This document shows positions 45,281 to 54,694 of a DNA stretch of 64,000 nucleotides, piece after piece; the first letter of the stretch is position 1, and each line of letters starts with the position of its first letter. This stretch comes from Candidatus Binataceae bacterium. Its GTDB lineage: Bacteria > Desulfobacterota > Binatia > Binatales > Binataceae. Under the pieces are notes generated by a model, which searched no databases, was not told the origin of the DNA, and was given only the letters and a program-made list of their open reading frames with translations. The translations under genes were made by a program, and so were the position numbers. The stretch spans positions 20,031-84,030 of the forward strand of contig JBKQNE010000049.1 in assembly GCA_052146355.1 (NCBI GenBank), written 5' to 3'.

Positions 45281-46132
45281 TCACGGCGTGAGCACGGTGT
45301 TATCGATCAGGCGCGTCTTGCCTACGCGGGCTGCGATTGCGAGCAGCACCGGGTGCTCGATCGATGAGACTCGCTCCAGCGTGGTCGCATCCACCGCTTC
45401 CACGTATTCGATTTCCACGCCTGGCGTCCGTTTGAGCACCCGCTTTGCCACGTATGCCAGCTCTTCGGCGCAGCACGCGCTCTTGCGGTAGTGGTCGCGC
45501 GCGGCACGCAGCGCGAGACTCAGCGCCAGCGCGCGCTGGCGTTCGTCGGGCGACAGATAGGCGTTGCGCGAACTCATCGCGAGTCCGTCGCTTTCGCGCA
45601 CGATCGGCACCGGCACGACCTCCAGGTCGAAGTTCAGGTCGGTGACCATCCGCTGGATCGCGCGCAGTTGCTGGAAATCCTTCTCGCCGAAAATCGCGAA
45701 ATGCGGCTTTACGATATTGAACAACTTGGCGACCACCGTCGTGACGCCGCGAAAATGCCCGGGCCGATGCGGCCCGCACAGCCCCGCGCTCACCTGCGTC
45801 GCCTCGACCCAGGTCTGCGAATCCGGCGCATACATGGCCGACGGATCCGGCGCGAAGACGATATCCACCGGCACCGATTCCATCAGCGCGCAATCGCGCT
45901 CGAAGTTGCGCGGATATCTCGCGAAATCTTCGTTGGGCGCGAACTGGGTCGGATTGACGAAGATCGATGTGACCAACACGCCCGCGCGCCGGCGCCCTTC
46001 GCGCATCAGCGTCAGATGGCCTTCGTGCAGGAAGTCCATCGTCGGCACAAATGCGATCTGCTCGCCGGACCGGCGCGCGCTCTCTGACCAGCGCTGCATC
46101 TCGTCGGGAGTGCGGATTGTATCCATCGTCAA
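45281..46132 (-). CDS. panC: pantoate--beta-alanine ligase
   Basis: The stretch FVPTMDFLHEGHLTLMR matches the HxGH nucleotidyltransferase motif of PanC. 283 aa. The start overlaps the panB stop. Confidence 0.9.
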   Translation of the reverse strand: MTMDTIRTPDEMQRWSESARRSGEQIAFVPTMDFLHEGHLTLMREGRRRAGVLVTSIFVNPTQFAPNEDFARYPRNFERDCALMESVPVDIVFAPDPSAMYAPDSQTWVEATQVSAGLCGPHRPGHFRGVTTVVAKLFNIVKPHFAIFGEKDFQQLRAIQRMVTDLNFDLEVVPVPIVRESDGLAMSSRNAYLSPDERQRALALSLALRAARDHYRKSACCAEELAYVAKRVLKRTPGVEIEYVEAVDATTLERVSSIEHPVLLAIAARVGKTRLIDNTVLTP

Positions 46133-46962
46133 TTCCCCTTTGCTTCCGCGTAGCAGTGCTCAGGTGCGGGAAAGGCCCGTTCGCGGACTTCGCGCACGTA
46201 GCATTCGGCGGCCGCGGATGCCTCGTGCCAGAGATTTGCGAATGGCTTGGCGAAACGCGGCTTGAACGACTCGCTGAGGCCGAGCATGTCGTGCATCACG
46301 AGCACCTGGCCGTCACAGTCGGCGCCCGCGCCGATTCCGATCGTCGGAATACTCACCCGCCCGGTGATCTCGCGTCCGAGCGAGGGAGGCACGCCTTCGA
46401 TCACGATCGCGAAGGCGCCGGCCGCCTCGATCGCAATCGCGTCTTCAATCAGCCGCTCGCGGCATCCGGGCCGCCGTCCCGGCTTGCGCCCCTGCACGCG
46501 ATTTCCGCCCATCCGATGGATCGATTGCGGCGTCAGTCCGATATGCCCCATCACGGGGATGTCGACTTCGGCGATCCGGCGCACGGTCTCGGCGACCGCG
46601 ATACCGCCCTCGAGTTTGACCGCTTCGGCACCCGCTTCCTTGATGAAGCGGCCGGCGTTCCGCAGCGCATCTTCGGCGCTCACCTGGTAGGAGAGAAACG
46701 GCATATCGGCGATGACCAGAGCGCGCCGGCGCGCGCGGACCACGGCGCGGGTGTGGTAAACGACGTCATCGACCGTCACGGCGAGCGTGTTCTCCTCGCC
46801 ACGCACTGCGGTCGCAAGACTGTCGCCGACGAGCATGAGATCGATGCCGGCCTGATCGAAGATGCGCGCGAATGGAAAGTCGTACGCGGTCAGCATCGTG
46901 ATTGGCCGCCGCTCCGCCTTCATTTTCGCGAGGTCGGGGACGCGAACTTTTTCCTGACTCAT
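46129..46962 (-). CDS. panB: 3-methyl-2-oxobutanoate hydroxymethyltransferase
   Basis: Canonical PanB blocks ITMLTAYDFPFARIFDQAGIDLMLVGDSL and GHIGLTPQS. I chose the ATG at 46962, with GGAG 7 nt upstream, over the TTG at 46974. Confidence 0.9.
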   Translation of the reverse strand: MSQEKVRVPDLAKMKAERRPITMLTAYDFPFARIFDQAGIDLMLVGDSLATAVRGEENTLAVTVDDVVYHTRAVVRARRRALVIADMPFLSYQVSAEDALRNAGRFIKEAGAEAVKLEGGIAVAETVRRIAEVDIPVMGHIGLTPQSIHRMGGNRVQGRKPGRRPGCRERLIEDAIAIEAAGAFAIVIEGVPPSLGREITGRVSIPTIGIGAGADCDGQVLVMHDMLGLSESFKPRFAKPFANLWHEASAAAECYVREVRERAFPAPEHCYAEAKGN

Positions 46963-47319
46963 CGAATACTCCAAAAAAACAGCGAGGCCGCCGTAACACC
47001 GGCAACCCCGCAGGCAGAGTACTCTTTGAGGGAGCGCTCAAGTCCCGTTTTGGAGTCCCGGTCCGACTTGCGGATCCAGGCGCGAGCCCAAGCTGCGTAT
47101 TCAAGCGGCGTCCGCAGGCGACGCCTATTTCTTCAAACCGCCTCGCCGGACGCATCGCGTCTCGACGGGCTCAACATCTCCACTAGTACAGAAAGCGAAG
47201 CCGGGTAAAGGGCCGCGCGCGCGGAGTCAACGCAACATCGATCGAGTCATCGGTTGCCCTCACGCCCGGATTCGGCTACCCAAATCTGTGCAGGAAAATT
47301 TCTTACACCTGGACGTGAT

Positions 47320-49395
47320 GTGAATAAGCTCCGATTTCCATGGGCCGCGTTGTCTCTCCTTGCGCCGATTCTGATCATTTGCGCGCTTTGCCTGGGACCT
47401 TCCGCATGCAGCAACAGCAGCAGCGGAGCTGCTCCAGTCCCCAGCCCAACGGCCGCCAACGTCCAGGTCGGCTTTATTACAACGCTGACCGGACAGCCCG
47501 TCTCGAACATGCAGAGCGTGGTGCTCAACGTCGCAAACGTTCGGATAAATCCTCTGCCGTCCGGAACGGGCACCCCGCCCCCGGCAACCAACGGCAAATG
47601 GGTCATCATTCCCGTGCCTTCGGGAACGCCCACCAGCAGCAGTCCGGGAGACGTGCCGCTCGATATGGTCGCGGGTGAAAGCCAGCTTCAGACCTTCAAC
47701 ACCCAGGGCGTGAAGAGCGCAAAATACAAGACGGTCGAAGTAGTGCTCGACACCGGGGTTCCGGGCTTCATAATTCCGACCTGTCCGGCGGGCGGGAGCG
47801 GCAATATCGAGGGATGCATCAAGATTCCGATCCAGCTCGAGAATGCGAGCACTCCGCTCCAGTACCAACTGACAGAGCCGCTGCAAACCAAGCAGAACAC
47901 GACATCGTTGCTGCCGATCCAGCTCAACATGAATATCGTCGCCACTCCCAGCGCGGCCGGACAGCCATACACGGTCCAGGTGAGCGCCGCGGAGCCGACC
48001 AATGCGAGCGATTTCTTCGCTACCGTCACGGGAACGATCACAGGCGCGAACGGCAACACGAACTCGAAGAAAATTCCTCATCTGGCGGTGAGCGCGGAGC
48101 TTTCCGGCACCAACACCCTGGTCGCGAGCGTCCCCGTCCGCAAAGGAGCCTACTCGCTGTTTCTACCGGCGGCTGCCGACATCGGCACTCTCTATGACCT
48201 CTATGTGTCCGGTGGCACCTCGACCTTCGCAGCCGAACGCCAGGTAAGGCTGGTTCCCAACGCGACGACCACAGCGACCTTCACTGTGAAGGGGGGGCAA
48301 ACGCTCGGCGGCTTCGACGGACTGATTACCGACGGATGCACTACTCGGCCGATCGTCGGCGCCACCGTGCAAATACTGCAGGTGCCGCCGACCGGGGATT
48401 CGACGGTCTGCATGACGACGCCCGAGCAGTGTGTCAGCGTCGGTACGGCGGTGTCGGACGACAGTGGCAACTATCCTGTGGCGGGAACCCTGACCGCTCC
48501 GGCGCCGTTCACCAAAATCCCGATCGGTTCCCCTACGACCACCTACGTGCTGGAAGTCGGTGCGCCGGGGTATGACACTCAATTCGTCGAAGGATCTGCG
48601 ACGGCAGCCGGAGCTTCGGGCACCCTCACTGCGGGCAAGTGCCCGCCCGCATCGGCGCCGAGCCCCGGTGCGAATGGCAGCTGCAATTTCGTACTCACGA
48701 CTGCTTATGTCGCCGGCAATGTGAGCCTGGCGGCCGCCGCGCCACCCGGCACGAAGACCACCGTGCAGGTGGTCGCGGAAAACACCGGCACCAACGATCT
48801 GATCAGTGCGCTGAGCAGTCCGGTTGTGATCGCCGGCGGCCAGACCAGCTTCGGATTTTCGCTCAACATCCCTACGCACGCCTTCAATCAGCCAACCGTG
48901 GCCCAAAGCTACGACCTGTTCGCGGAAGCGCAAGATCTCTACCAGGGCGGAACCGACCCATTTACGGGCCACACCGTAATCGTCCAGTCCAACGTTGCGG
49001 GGCCCAATCCGCCAACGGCCTGCGCGACGATCGCTCCCGCCGGGCTGTTCTCGCAGGCGATGGAATGCAGCGGCCACGGCAGTATCGTCGGCACGGCAGC
49101 GAGCCCCAACAGCGGCACCGCGGCCGAACTGATCAAAGACGGCGTGCAACTGACGCAAGCGCCGGTGGGACCTCCCACTCCGGCGCCATCGATCGGCAAC
49201 ACCTACAACTTCTGCGCTCCGCCGGATACCTACACCGTGCAGCGTCTCGAGCAGGGCTCGCCGGTGGGAACGCCCGCCAATGTGGGCTCGATGGCGACGC
49301 CGATGACGATCAGCACGCCATGTCCGAGTACGTGCTTCAACGGCACCGGCACCTGCCCCGGCATCTGCGCGAACACGATCGGACCTTCGCTGTAG
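47320..49395 (+). CDS. large secreted protein, possible lipoprotein, with repeated beta-sandwich (carboxypeptidase-regulatory-like/DUF4382-like) segments
   Basis: Signal peptide LSLLAPILIICALCLGPSAC, then about 660 aa rich in T/S/G/P/A/V with few charged residues. The GTG start at 47320 is inferred. Confidence 0.6.
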   Translation: MNKLRFPWAALSLLAPILIICALCLGPSACSNSSSGAAPVPSPTAANVQVGFITTLTGQPVSNMQSVVLNVANVRINPLPSGTGTPPPATNGKWVIIPVPSGTPTSSSPGDVPLDMVAGESQLQTFNTQGVKSAKYKTVEVVLDTGVPGFIIPTCPAGGSGNIEGCIKIPIQLENASTPLQYQLTEPLQTKQNTTSLLPIQLNMNIVATPSAAGQPYTVQVSAAEPTNASDFFATVTGTITGANGNTNSKKIPHLAVSAELSGTNTLVASVPVRKGAYSLFLPAAADIGTLYDLYVSGGTSTFAAERQVRLVPNATTTATFTVKGGQTLGGFDGLITDGCTTRPIVGATVQILQVPPTGDSTVCMTTPEQCVSVGTAVSDDSGNYPVAGTLTAPAPFTKIPIGSPTTTYVLEVGAPGYDTQFVEGSATAAGASGTLTAGKCPPASAPSPGANGSCNFVLTTAYVAGNVSLAAAAPPGTKTTVQVVAENTGTNDLISALSSPVVIAGGQTSFGFSLNIPTHAFNQPTVAQSYDLFAEAQDLYQGGTDPFTGHTVIVQSNVAGPNPPTACATIAPAGLFSQAMECSGHGSIVGTAASPNSGTAAELIKDGVQLTQAPVGPPTPAPSIGNTYNFCAPPDTYTVQRLEQGSPVGTPANVGSMATPMTISTPCPSTCFNGTGTCPGICANTIGPSL

Positions 49396-49423
49396 AGGCC
49401 GCTATAGGAAAGACGGGCGTCGA

Positions 49424-50524
49424 CTACCAGGTGAGCGTGCTGCTGGGCGGGACGTAGACTTTTATCTGCTCGCGCTTGCCGTTGTGCACCACGCTCAGAT
49501 AAACGATTTCGCCGGGCCGCAGATCGTGCATCCGATCCTGGAAGTCCAGGAAATTGCTGACGCGACTGCCGTCGATTCCGATTATCATGTCGTAGCTCTC
49601 ACCGACCTGCGAGTAGTCGATTAGCGGCACCGCCAAAATGGCGGGCGGAAAAATCATAGCCGCGGCGAGCGCCGCGCCGGTCATGACGTTGTGCGCCGTG
49701 CGCTGATAGCCGTGCAGTCCGGCGGTGGCGGCGGGACTTCCCTTCGCAACGTTGACGATCAACAGCCCGTCGGCTTCTTCTCCGTTCGACAGCTTGCGTC
49801 GCGCCTCCTGGAGTTCCAGGCCGATCGGCGAAGTAATGGCGCCCTCGGCCATGAAATCGCGCAGGCCACTGAGCTGCTGCGGATCGACGATGCCCTGCTG
49901 CTCGCGCTGATAGCGGGTCACATCGGGATCATCCGGATCAACCTGCGCATCGTCATCGTCGGTCTTGGGCGGCGGATTCGATGCGACCGGGGCCGGCGCG
50001 CTCTGCGTTGCGACCGTGGGAATTTCCTGCGTCGTAGGCGGCGTAGTGCTCTGCGCGTCGCTCAGATTGCTCGGCGGAGGAGGCGCGAGCAGCGCATCGC
50101 TCGGTACGGCGGCAGCTGGACTGGCGACGGCCATCGGCAATGGAGCCGGCGCGGGAAATGCCGCGGCGACAGGCGACGGCGCCTCGACCGGCGCGGCCGC
50201 CTCGACTGGCGCGGCCGGCGAAGGGTCTGCTGATGCAGCGGAAGGCACCCACGCCGCGATTGGCGATTCCGTCACCGGAGACGCGGCCGCGGCGGGTGAA
50301 GCAGCCGGTGACGTGACCGGTGCAGCAGAGGCTTCCGCTATAGGTGCGCCTTCAGCTGGCGCAGCCGGCGAGGCTACCGCCTTGGACCATACCTCAGCTG
50401 TGGCGGACTCGTCCGCGTCTGCTGCTCGCGCAGGCGATGCATAGAGGACTGCGATGAGCGCGAGGGCGCACCCCAGACCATAAGCGATGCCGACCGCCCT
50501 AATTGACGCTCCAGCGCTTCTCAT
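49424..50524 (-). CDS. membrane-anchored PDZ-domain protein with Ala/Pro-rich linker
   Basis: N-terminal TM/signal segment, roughly 170-aa Ala/Pro/Ser low-complexity region, C-terminal PDZ (LLIVNVAKGSPAATAGL ... IIGIDGSRV). Confidence 0.7.
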   Translation of the reverse strand: MRSAGASIRAVGIAYGLGCALALIAVLYASPARAADADESATAEVWSKAVASPAAPAEGAPIAEASAAPVTSPAASPAAAASPVTESPIAAWVPSAASADPSPAAPVEAAAPVEAPSPVAAAFPAPAPLPMAVASPAAAVPSDALLAPPPPSNLSDAQSTTPPTTQEIPTVATQSAPAPVASNPPPKTDDDDAQVDPDDPDVTRYQREQQGIVDPQQLSGLRDFMAEGAITSPIGLELQEARRKLSNGEEADGLLIVNVAKGSPAATAGLHGYQRTAHNVMTGAALAAAMIFPPAILAVPLIDYSQVGESYDMIIGIDGSRVSNFLDFQDRMHDLRPGEIVYLSVVHNGKREQIKVYVPPSSTLTW

Positions 50525-51374
50525 GCTCCGTGACCCGGCCTTCCTTGCCGAGCTTTTTCAGATGAGAGCGAACCGAATTCGCGGCGGCCGGATGCAGATA
50601 CTCCGGCACGTCGACATATATTTTCTTGACTACCGCCATCACTTCCAGCGGCCCGCCCGCCAGCGCATCGAGCACCTGGCGTTCGCGAAGTTCGCGATGC
50701 GCGATGTATTCACGGATTTTCTCTTTGGGCTTGCGGATAACCGGACCGTGTGCCGGATAGATCGTCTCGAGATCAAGCTCCAGCAGACGATGGAGCGAAT
50801 CCATGTATTGGCTCAAATCGCCGGTGTCGTCCGGGATCACCGTAGTTCCCGCCCCAAGTACCACGTCCCCCGTGAAAAGGGCGCGCTCTTCTTCGAGATA
50901 GTAGCACAAATGATCGGGAGCGTGACCGGGCGTATGAATCGCGCGCAGGGTCACACCTTCGGTCTTCACGATTGCATCGTGGCCGATGGCGACTTGAAGA
51001 TTGCCGGCCTTGGCATCCTGCCCCGCCCACGGCATCTTGAGCACCTCGATATCGCCGAAGCGTTCGCGCACCTGTGGCACGCCGCCGATATGATCGACGT
51101 GCGCGTGCGTCAGCACAATTCGTTCGAGTCCGCTGGAGCTGGATAGCTCCTTGAGCGCATCGACGAGCAGCTCCATCCAGATCGGAACGCCCTGCCCCGT
51201 GTCGAGCAGAAGCGGACGCGGGCCGGAACCTACGATATAGGTGTTGGTGCCCGGTCCCGTGAATGGCCCCGGATTATGGCCGAGCACGGTGGCGACCAGC
51301 GGCGAATGCCGCGCATAGTCCGGCAGCTTCATTCCGATCATCGAATCGGTAACGATCCGCGCGGGCTTTTCCAT
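50499..51374 (-). CDS. MBL-fold metallo-hydrolase
   Basis: LTHAHVDHIGG metal-binding motif and further His/Asp ligands (HTPGHAPDH). ATG at 51374. Confidence 0.85.
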   Translation of the reverse strand: MEKPARIVTDSMIGMKLPDYARHSPLVATVLGHNPGPFTGPGTNTYIVGSGPRPLLLDTGQGVPIWMELLVDALKELSSSSGLERIVLTHAHVDHIGGVPQVRERFGDIEVLKMPWAGQDAKAGNLQVAIGHDAIVKTEGVTLRAIHTPGHAPDHLCYYLEEERALFTGDVVLGAGTTVIPDDTGDLSQYMDSLHRLLELDLETIYPAHGPVIRKPKEKIREYIAHRELRERQVLDALAGGPLEVMAVVKKIYVDVPEYLHPAAANSVRSHLKKLGKEGRVTEHEKRWSVN

Positions 51375-51386
51375 CACACTCTCCGT

Positions 51387-52157
51387 TTAGCGGCGATTGC
51401 GCTCGAAGATCAATCGCAGACCCTTCAGGGTCAGAAATTCGTCCACTTCTTCTATGGTCTCTGACTCCGGCGCGATCAAGTCCGCAAGCCCCCCGGTTGC
51501 GATAACCCGCGCGCGCTCGCCGCGCTCCTTGCGGATGCGATGCACGAGACCATCGACCAGCGCGCTGTATCCGAAAATCAGCCCGGACTGGATAGAGGCG
51601 ATCGTCGTCCTGCCCACCGCCTCGCGCGGACGGACCAGCTCGACCCGGTAGAGCTTGGCCGCGCGGGCGATGAGCGCATCCATCGAGACGCCCAGCCCCG
51701 GCGCGATCGCGCCGCCGGCGTATTCGCCGCGCCCCGTCACATAATCAAAGGTGGTCGCGGTACCGAAATCGACCACGATGCACGCGCTCGAATAGCGCTC
51801 GTAGGCTGCCACCGCGTCGACGATCCGGTCGGCGCCGACCTCTTTGGGATTCTCGTACAAAATCGGCATCCCGGTCTTGATGCCCGGTCCGACCATCAAC
51901 GGCGCGCAGTGGAAGTAGCGCTCCGCAAGCTGCTCCATCGATTGATTCAGCGGAGGAACCACGCAGGCGATTATCACGCCCTCGGGCTTGAACCCGGGCT
52001 CGATTCCCGCCGCGACAAATAGCGTGTTGAGCATCGCGCCGTGCTCATCGGTGGTCCGCTCGGGAACGGTTTGGATACGCCAATGATGCGTCAGCGTCTC
52101 ACCCTCATAGATTCCGATGACGGTGTGGCTGTTTCCGACGTCGAGCGTGATGAGCAT
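51387..52157 (-). CDS. coaX: type III pantothenate kinase
   Basis: MLITLDVGNSHTVIG N-terminus, GADRIVDAVAA and DFGTATT blocks of CoaX. Confidence 0.9.
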   Translation of the reverse strand: MLITLDVGNSHTVIGIYEGETLTHHWRIQTVPERTTDEHGAMLNTLFVAAGIEPGFKPEGVIIACVVPPLNQSMEQLAERYFHCAPLMVGPGIKTGMPILYENPKEVGADRIVDAVAAYERYSSACIVVDFGTATTFDYVTGRGEYAGGAIAPGLGVSMDALIARAAKLYRVELVRPREAVGRTTIASIQSGLIFGYSALVDGLVHRIRKERGERARVIATGGLADLIAPESETIEEVDEFLTLKGLRLIFERNRR

Positions 52158-52222
52158 CGATTAACTCCCGGCATCCGCGCGGGTGCGGCGCCAATTGGGA
52201 GAACGAATAATAGCGTCGAAAG

Positions 52223-52870
52223 TCAGCGGATGCGAAAGCCCCGTGGCATTCCCGACATCGGCATCGGACGCGACATCACAAAGCCCCCCATCGAACGGGG
52301 CGGATAAAGCCATGGGCGATGCGGCATCATGATCGGTCCGGGTGCGCCAATTATTCGTGGCACAAACGGAGCGGCGCCGACGAATGGCCCGATCGGAATC
52401 GGAGCTGCCACGAAAATCGGCGGACGGATATACGCCTCGGTGGGCAAACTGCCTGCCCCGTATGGCACCGCGGATGAAACGAGCGGGCCCGTCACCTCGC
52501 CCTGATTCTGATAGTCCTGCACCGTTCCCCAATCGGCATTGGCGGTCTGGTCGGCGTCGTCAGAATCGGGCGATTTCGCAGCGGTGGCCACCGCGCCGTT
52601 CGCACCTGCCGCCTGCTCAGCGCTTTGCACGCTGGCCGCTTCGGCGCTCGCACCGGAATCGGCCGCATCGATGTCGGGCTCGGGATTGTCGCACTGGATC
52701 GGAGTGCCATCGAGCGAGCAGCTCTGCGGCAGCTCGAGTACCTGGCTGGGCGGATCGTCGCCGGCGGGTGAGTCGACCTCGATCGGCTCGCCCGCATGCG
52801 CGAACGAGACGGCGATCTGCGGCGAACCGAAGACCAGCAAAGTTGCGAAAGCGATCGGGAAAAACTTCAT
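52223..52870 (-). CDS. secreted hypothetical protein with Met/Pro-rich C-terminal tail
   Basis: Signal peptide MKFFPIAFATLLVFGSPQIAVSFAHA, acidic middle region, and the tail PIMMPHRPWLYPPRSMGGFVMSRPMPMSGMPRGF. Confidence 0.5.
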   Translation of the reverse strand: MKFFPIAFATLLVFGSPQIAVSFAHAGEPIEVDSPAGDDPPSQVLELPQSCSLDGTPIQCDNPEPDIDAADSGASAEAASVQSAEQAAGANGAVATAAKSPDSDDADQTANADWGTVQDYQNQGEVTGPLVSSAVPYGAGSLPTEAYIRPPIFVAAPIPIGPFVGAAPFVPRIIGAPGPIMMPHRPWLYPPRSMGGFVMSRPMPMSGMPRGFRIR

Positions 52871-53079
52871 TCCCGTGTGACCTGATTTGAGACGCTATCA
52901 CCGAGGGAAGGATCGGCCAAGGGTAAAAGCGCAAAAAACTCAGCGACACATGTTTTCTTTTGTCATCTCGACCGAAGTGGAGGGATCGCGCGCCGTCTGC
53001 GGCGCGCTACCGCCGATGCGGCAAGCCCGCGCGGGACAGACGAAGATCAGCCGCTATCCCTCGAACTGGCGGCGTCGGA

Positions 53080-54489
53080 CTACGCGGCCTGGGGCAGCGG
53101 CTGGCGGCCGAGGGAGCTAAGCACCTGATTCGCCGCGGCAAGGCCGCTCAGATAGGCGCCGTTGACGGTTGCGAAATGCTCGACTGAGAGAGCCTCGCCG
53201 GCGAAAAAGAGTTGATCGCCCAGCGGCGCGGTCAATTGCTGGCGGGCCGCGGAATTACCGGGGGTCGCGTGGCTATAAGAGCCAACCGTCCAGGGATCGT
53301 TCAGCCAGTCCGTAGTTAAGCCGCTCTGGTAGTAGCTGAGAATCCCGCTGCCAAAAAACGTCGCCACTTGTTGCTGAGCGAAGTCAATCATCGCCGCCGA
53401 GCCTGCCATGGTCAGTTGGCGGCCGAAATCGCCACCCACCAGGCAAACTGCCACATTGCCACCCCATACCGGTGCTTGGGTGAGGGGCTCCTGGATTTGG
53501 TCAACCAGCGAGATTAACACCGAGTTAACCGGGACGTCGAAAACCTGGCGCGAGAAGCCCAGAAAAATCTTTTCAAAATCACCCATCGGCAGGTTCGCGA
53601 TCGCGTTCAGGTAAGCGGCTGGCAAGACCGGGTCGAAGCCGATCACCCCCGCCGCCAGCCCGCCCATCGGCGTGGTGACGATCGCAGTGCGCGCTCTGAT
53701 GACTTCCGCCGCTGTTACCACCTCGACGCCTCCGCGGCGGTCCCACTTGATAGCGGTCACCGGCGTGGAAAGTCGGATGCGCAGCCCCTTGGCAAAAGAG
53801 CCGACGAAAGTCCCCATTCCGCCCTGAATCATCGTGTTGCCGGGCTGCGGGATGCTGTAGTTGTAAAGGTCCTCGCACGAGAGGTCCGGGAAGTTGGCGG
53901 CGAAATCATCCGGCCCCATTAGCGCCTCGCTCAGTTGATACCACGGCTGTCCGACTTGATTCACCGTCGCCTGCGCGGCCGATTCATCCGGCGCGCCGCC
54001 GGCTGCCGCCGCGCCAGCGTTGTCGATCTCCGTGTGCACGGTCTGGAACATTTGTTCGAATGGGGCGACCTGCGCTGGCGTCGCCGGTTGAGTGCCGTCG
54101 TAAACCAGAGCCTGGTTGTCTGGCATCAGGGTGTAACCATGCGCTGTCGCGTAGGCCAGCAGGGCGCTGCTGGGCGACTGGTGGAACCATTGCGCGCCGA
54201 TATCTGCCGGCACACTAAAAGTGGTCGTATCGGTGTAGGTGCGTCCTCCGATACGATTGCGTCCCTCCAACACCAGGACGCTGAGTCCGCTGGCCGCCAA
54301 TGTGCTCGCGGCCGCCAAGCCTGACATCCCGGAGCCCACCACTACCGTATCGTACCCTGAAGCCGGAGCCCCGCCGTCGCTGGCACCACAGCCAGCCAGG
54401 TAAAGATATGGTGCCGCGGCCAGCGCCGCTTTCAGAAAAGCGCGTCGGCTCAGCTCGAGACTTAGGCTGGCGGTTTTGCGATCCAACAT
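53080..54489 (-). CDS. flavin-dependent amine oxidase, Tat-signal lipoprotein
   Basis: Twin-arginine SRRAFLKAAL plus LAGC lipobox, VVVGSGMSGLAAA...LEGRNRIGGR dinucleotide motif, C-terminal FFAGEA block. ATG at 54489. Confidence 0.85.
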   Translation of the reverse strand: MLDRKTASLSLELSRRAFLKAALAAAPYLYLAGCGASDGGAPASGYDTVVVGSGMSGLAAASTLAASGLSVLVLEGRNRIGGRTYTDTTTFSVPADIGAQWFHQSPSSALLAYATAHGYTLMPDNQALVYDGTQPATPAQVAPFEQMFQTVHTEIDNAGAAAAGGAPDESAAQATVNQVGQPWYQLSEALMGPDDFAANFPDLSCEDLYNYSIPQPGNTMIQGGMGTFVGSFAKGLRIRLSTPVTAIKWDRRGGVEVVTAAEVIRARTAIVTTPMGGLAAGVIGFDPVLPAAYLNAIANLPMGDFEKIFLGFSRQVFDVPVNSVLISLVDQIQEPLTQAPVWGGNVAVCLVGGDFGRQLTMAGSAAMIDFAQQQVATFFGSGILSYYQSGLTTDWLNDPWTVGSYSHATPGNSAARQQLTAPLGDQLFFAGEALSVEHFATVNGAYLSGLAAANQVLSSLGRQPLPQAA

Positions 54490-54694
54490 GTGAGCCGACT
54501 TTTTCACCTTTATGTTACGGCGCTTTCTCTTACTCTATTAACAGTTTTAACACTTAATTCCAACTCGTACATAGCTCAAACGCCCCTCCCTCTGCAAGGG
54601 TTTAATCAGAAATCCGCGGATTTGGAGGATTCGACAGCAGCCAGGCTGGCGGCGCTCATGTGCGCCCGGCCGTCACGGCGACCGCCAATCGGTC

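Noticed and set aside
46075-46145. An apparent 1-nt frame inconsistency at the panB/panC junction when I hand-indexed the printed sequence. It suggested a panB-panC fusion or frameshift.
   Set aside because: The ORF track gives a clean panB stop overlapping the panC start, as does a plus-strand ORF ending at 46087. The discrepancy is most likely my own character-counting error at a line boundary, not biology. For the same reason, hand-derived coordinates of small elements may be off by 1-2 nt.
49950-50450. Tandem-repeat-like DNA (for example the 18-nt duplication gcctcgaccggcgcggcc / gcctcgactggcgcggcc) as a possible VNTR or contingency locus.
   Set aside because: It lies inside the Ala/Pro-rich low-complexity linker of the PDZ protein, with only two imperfect copies. 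Ordinary coding low complexity explains it.
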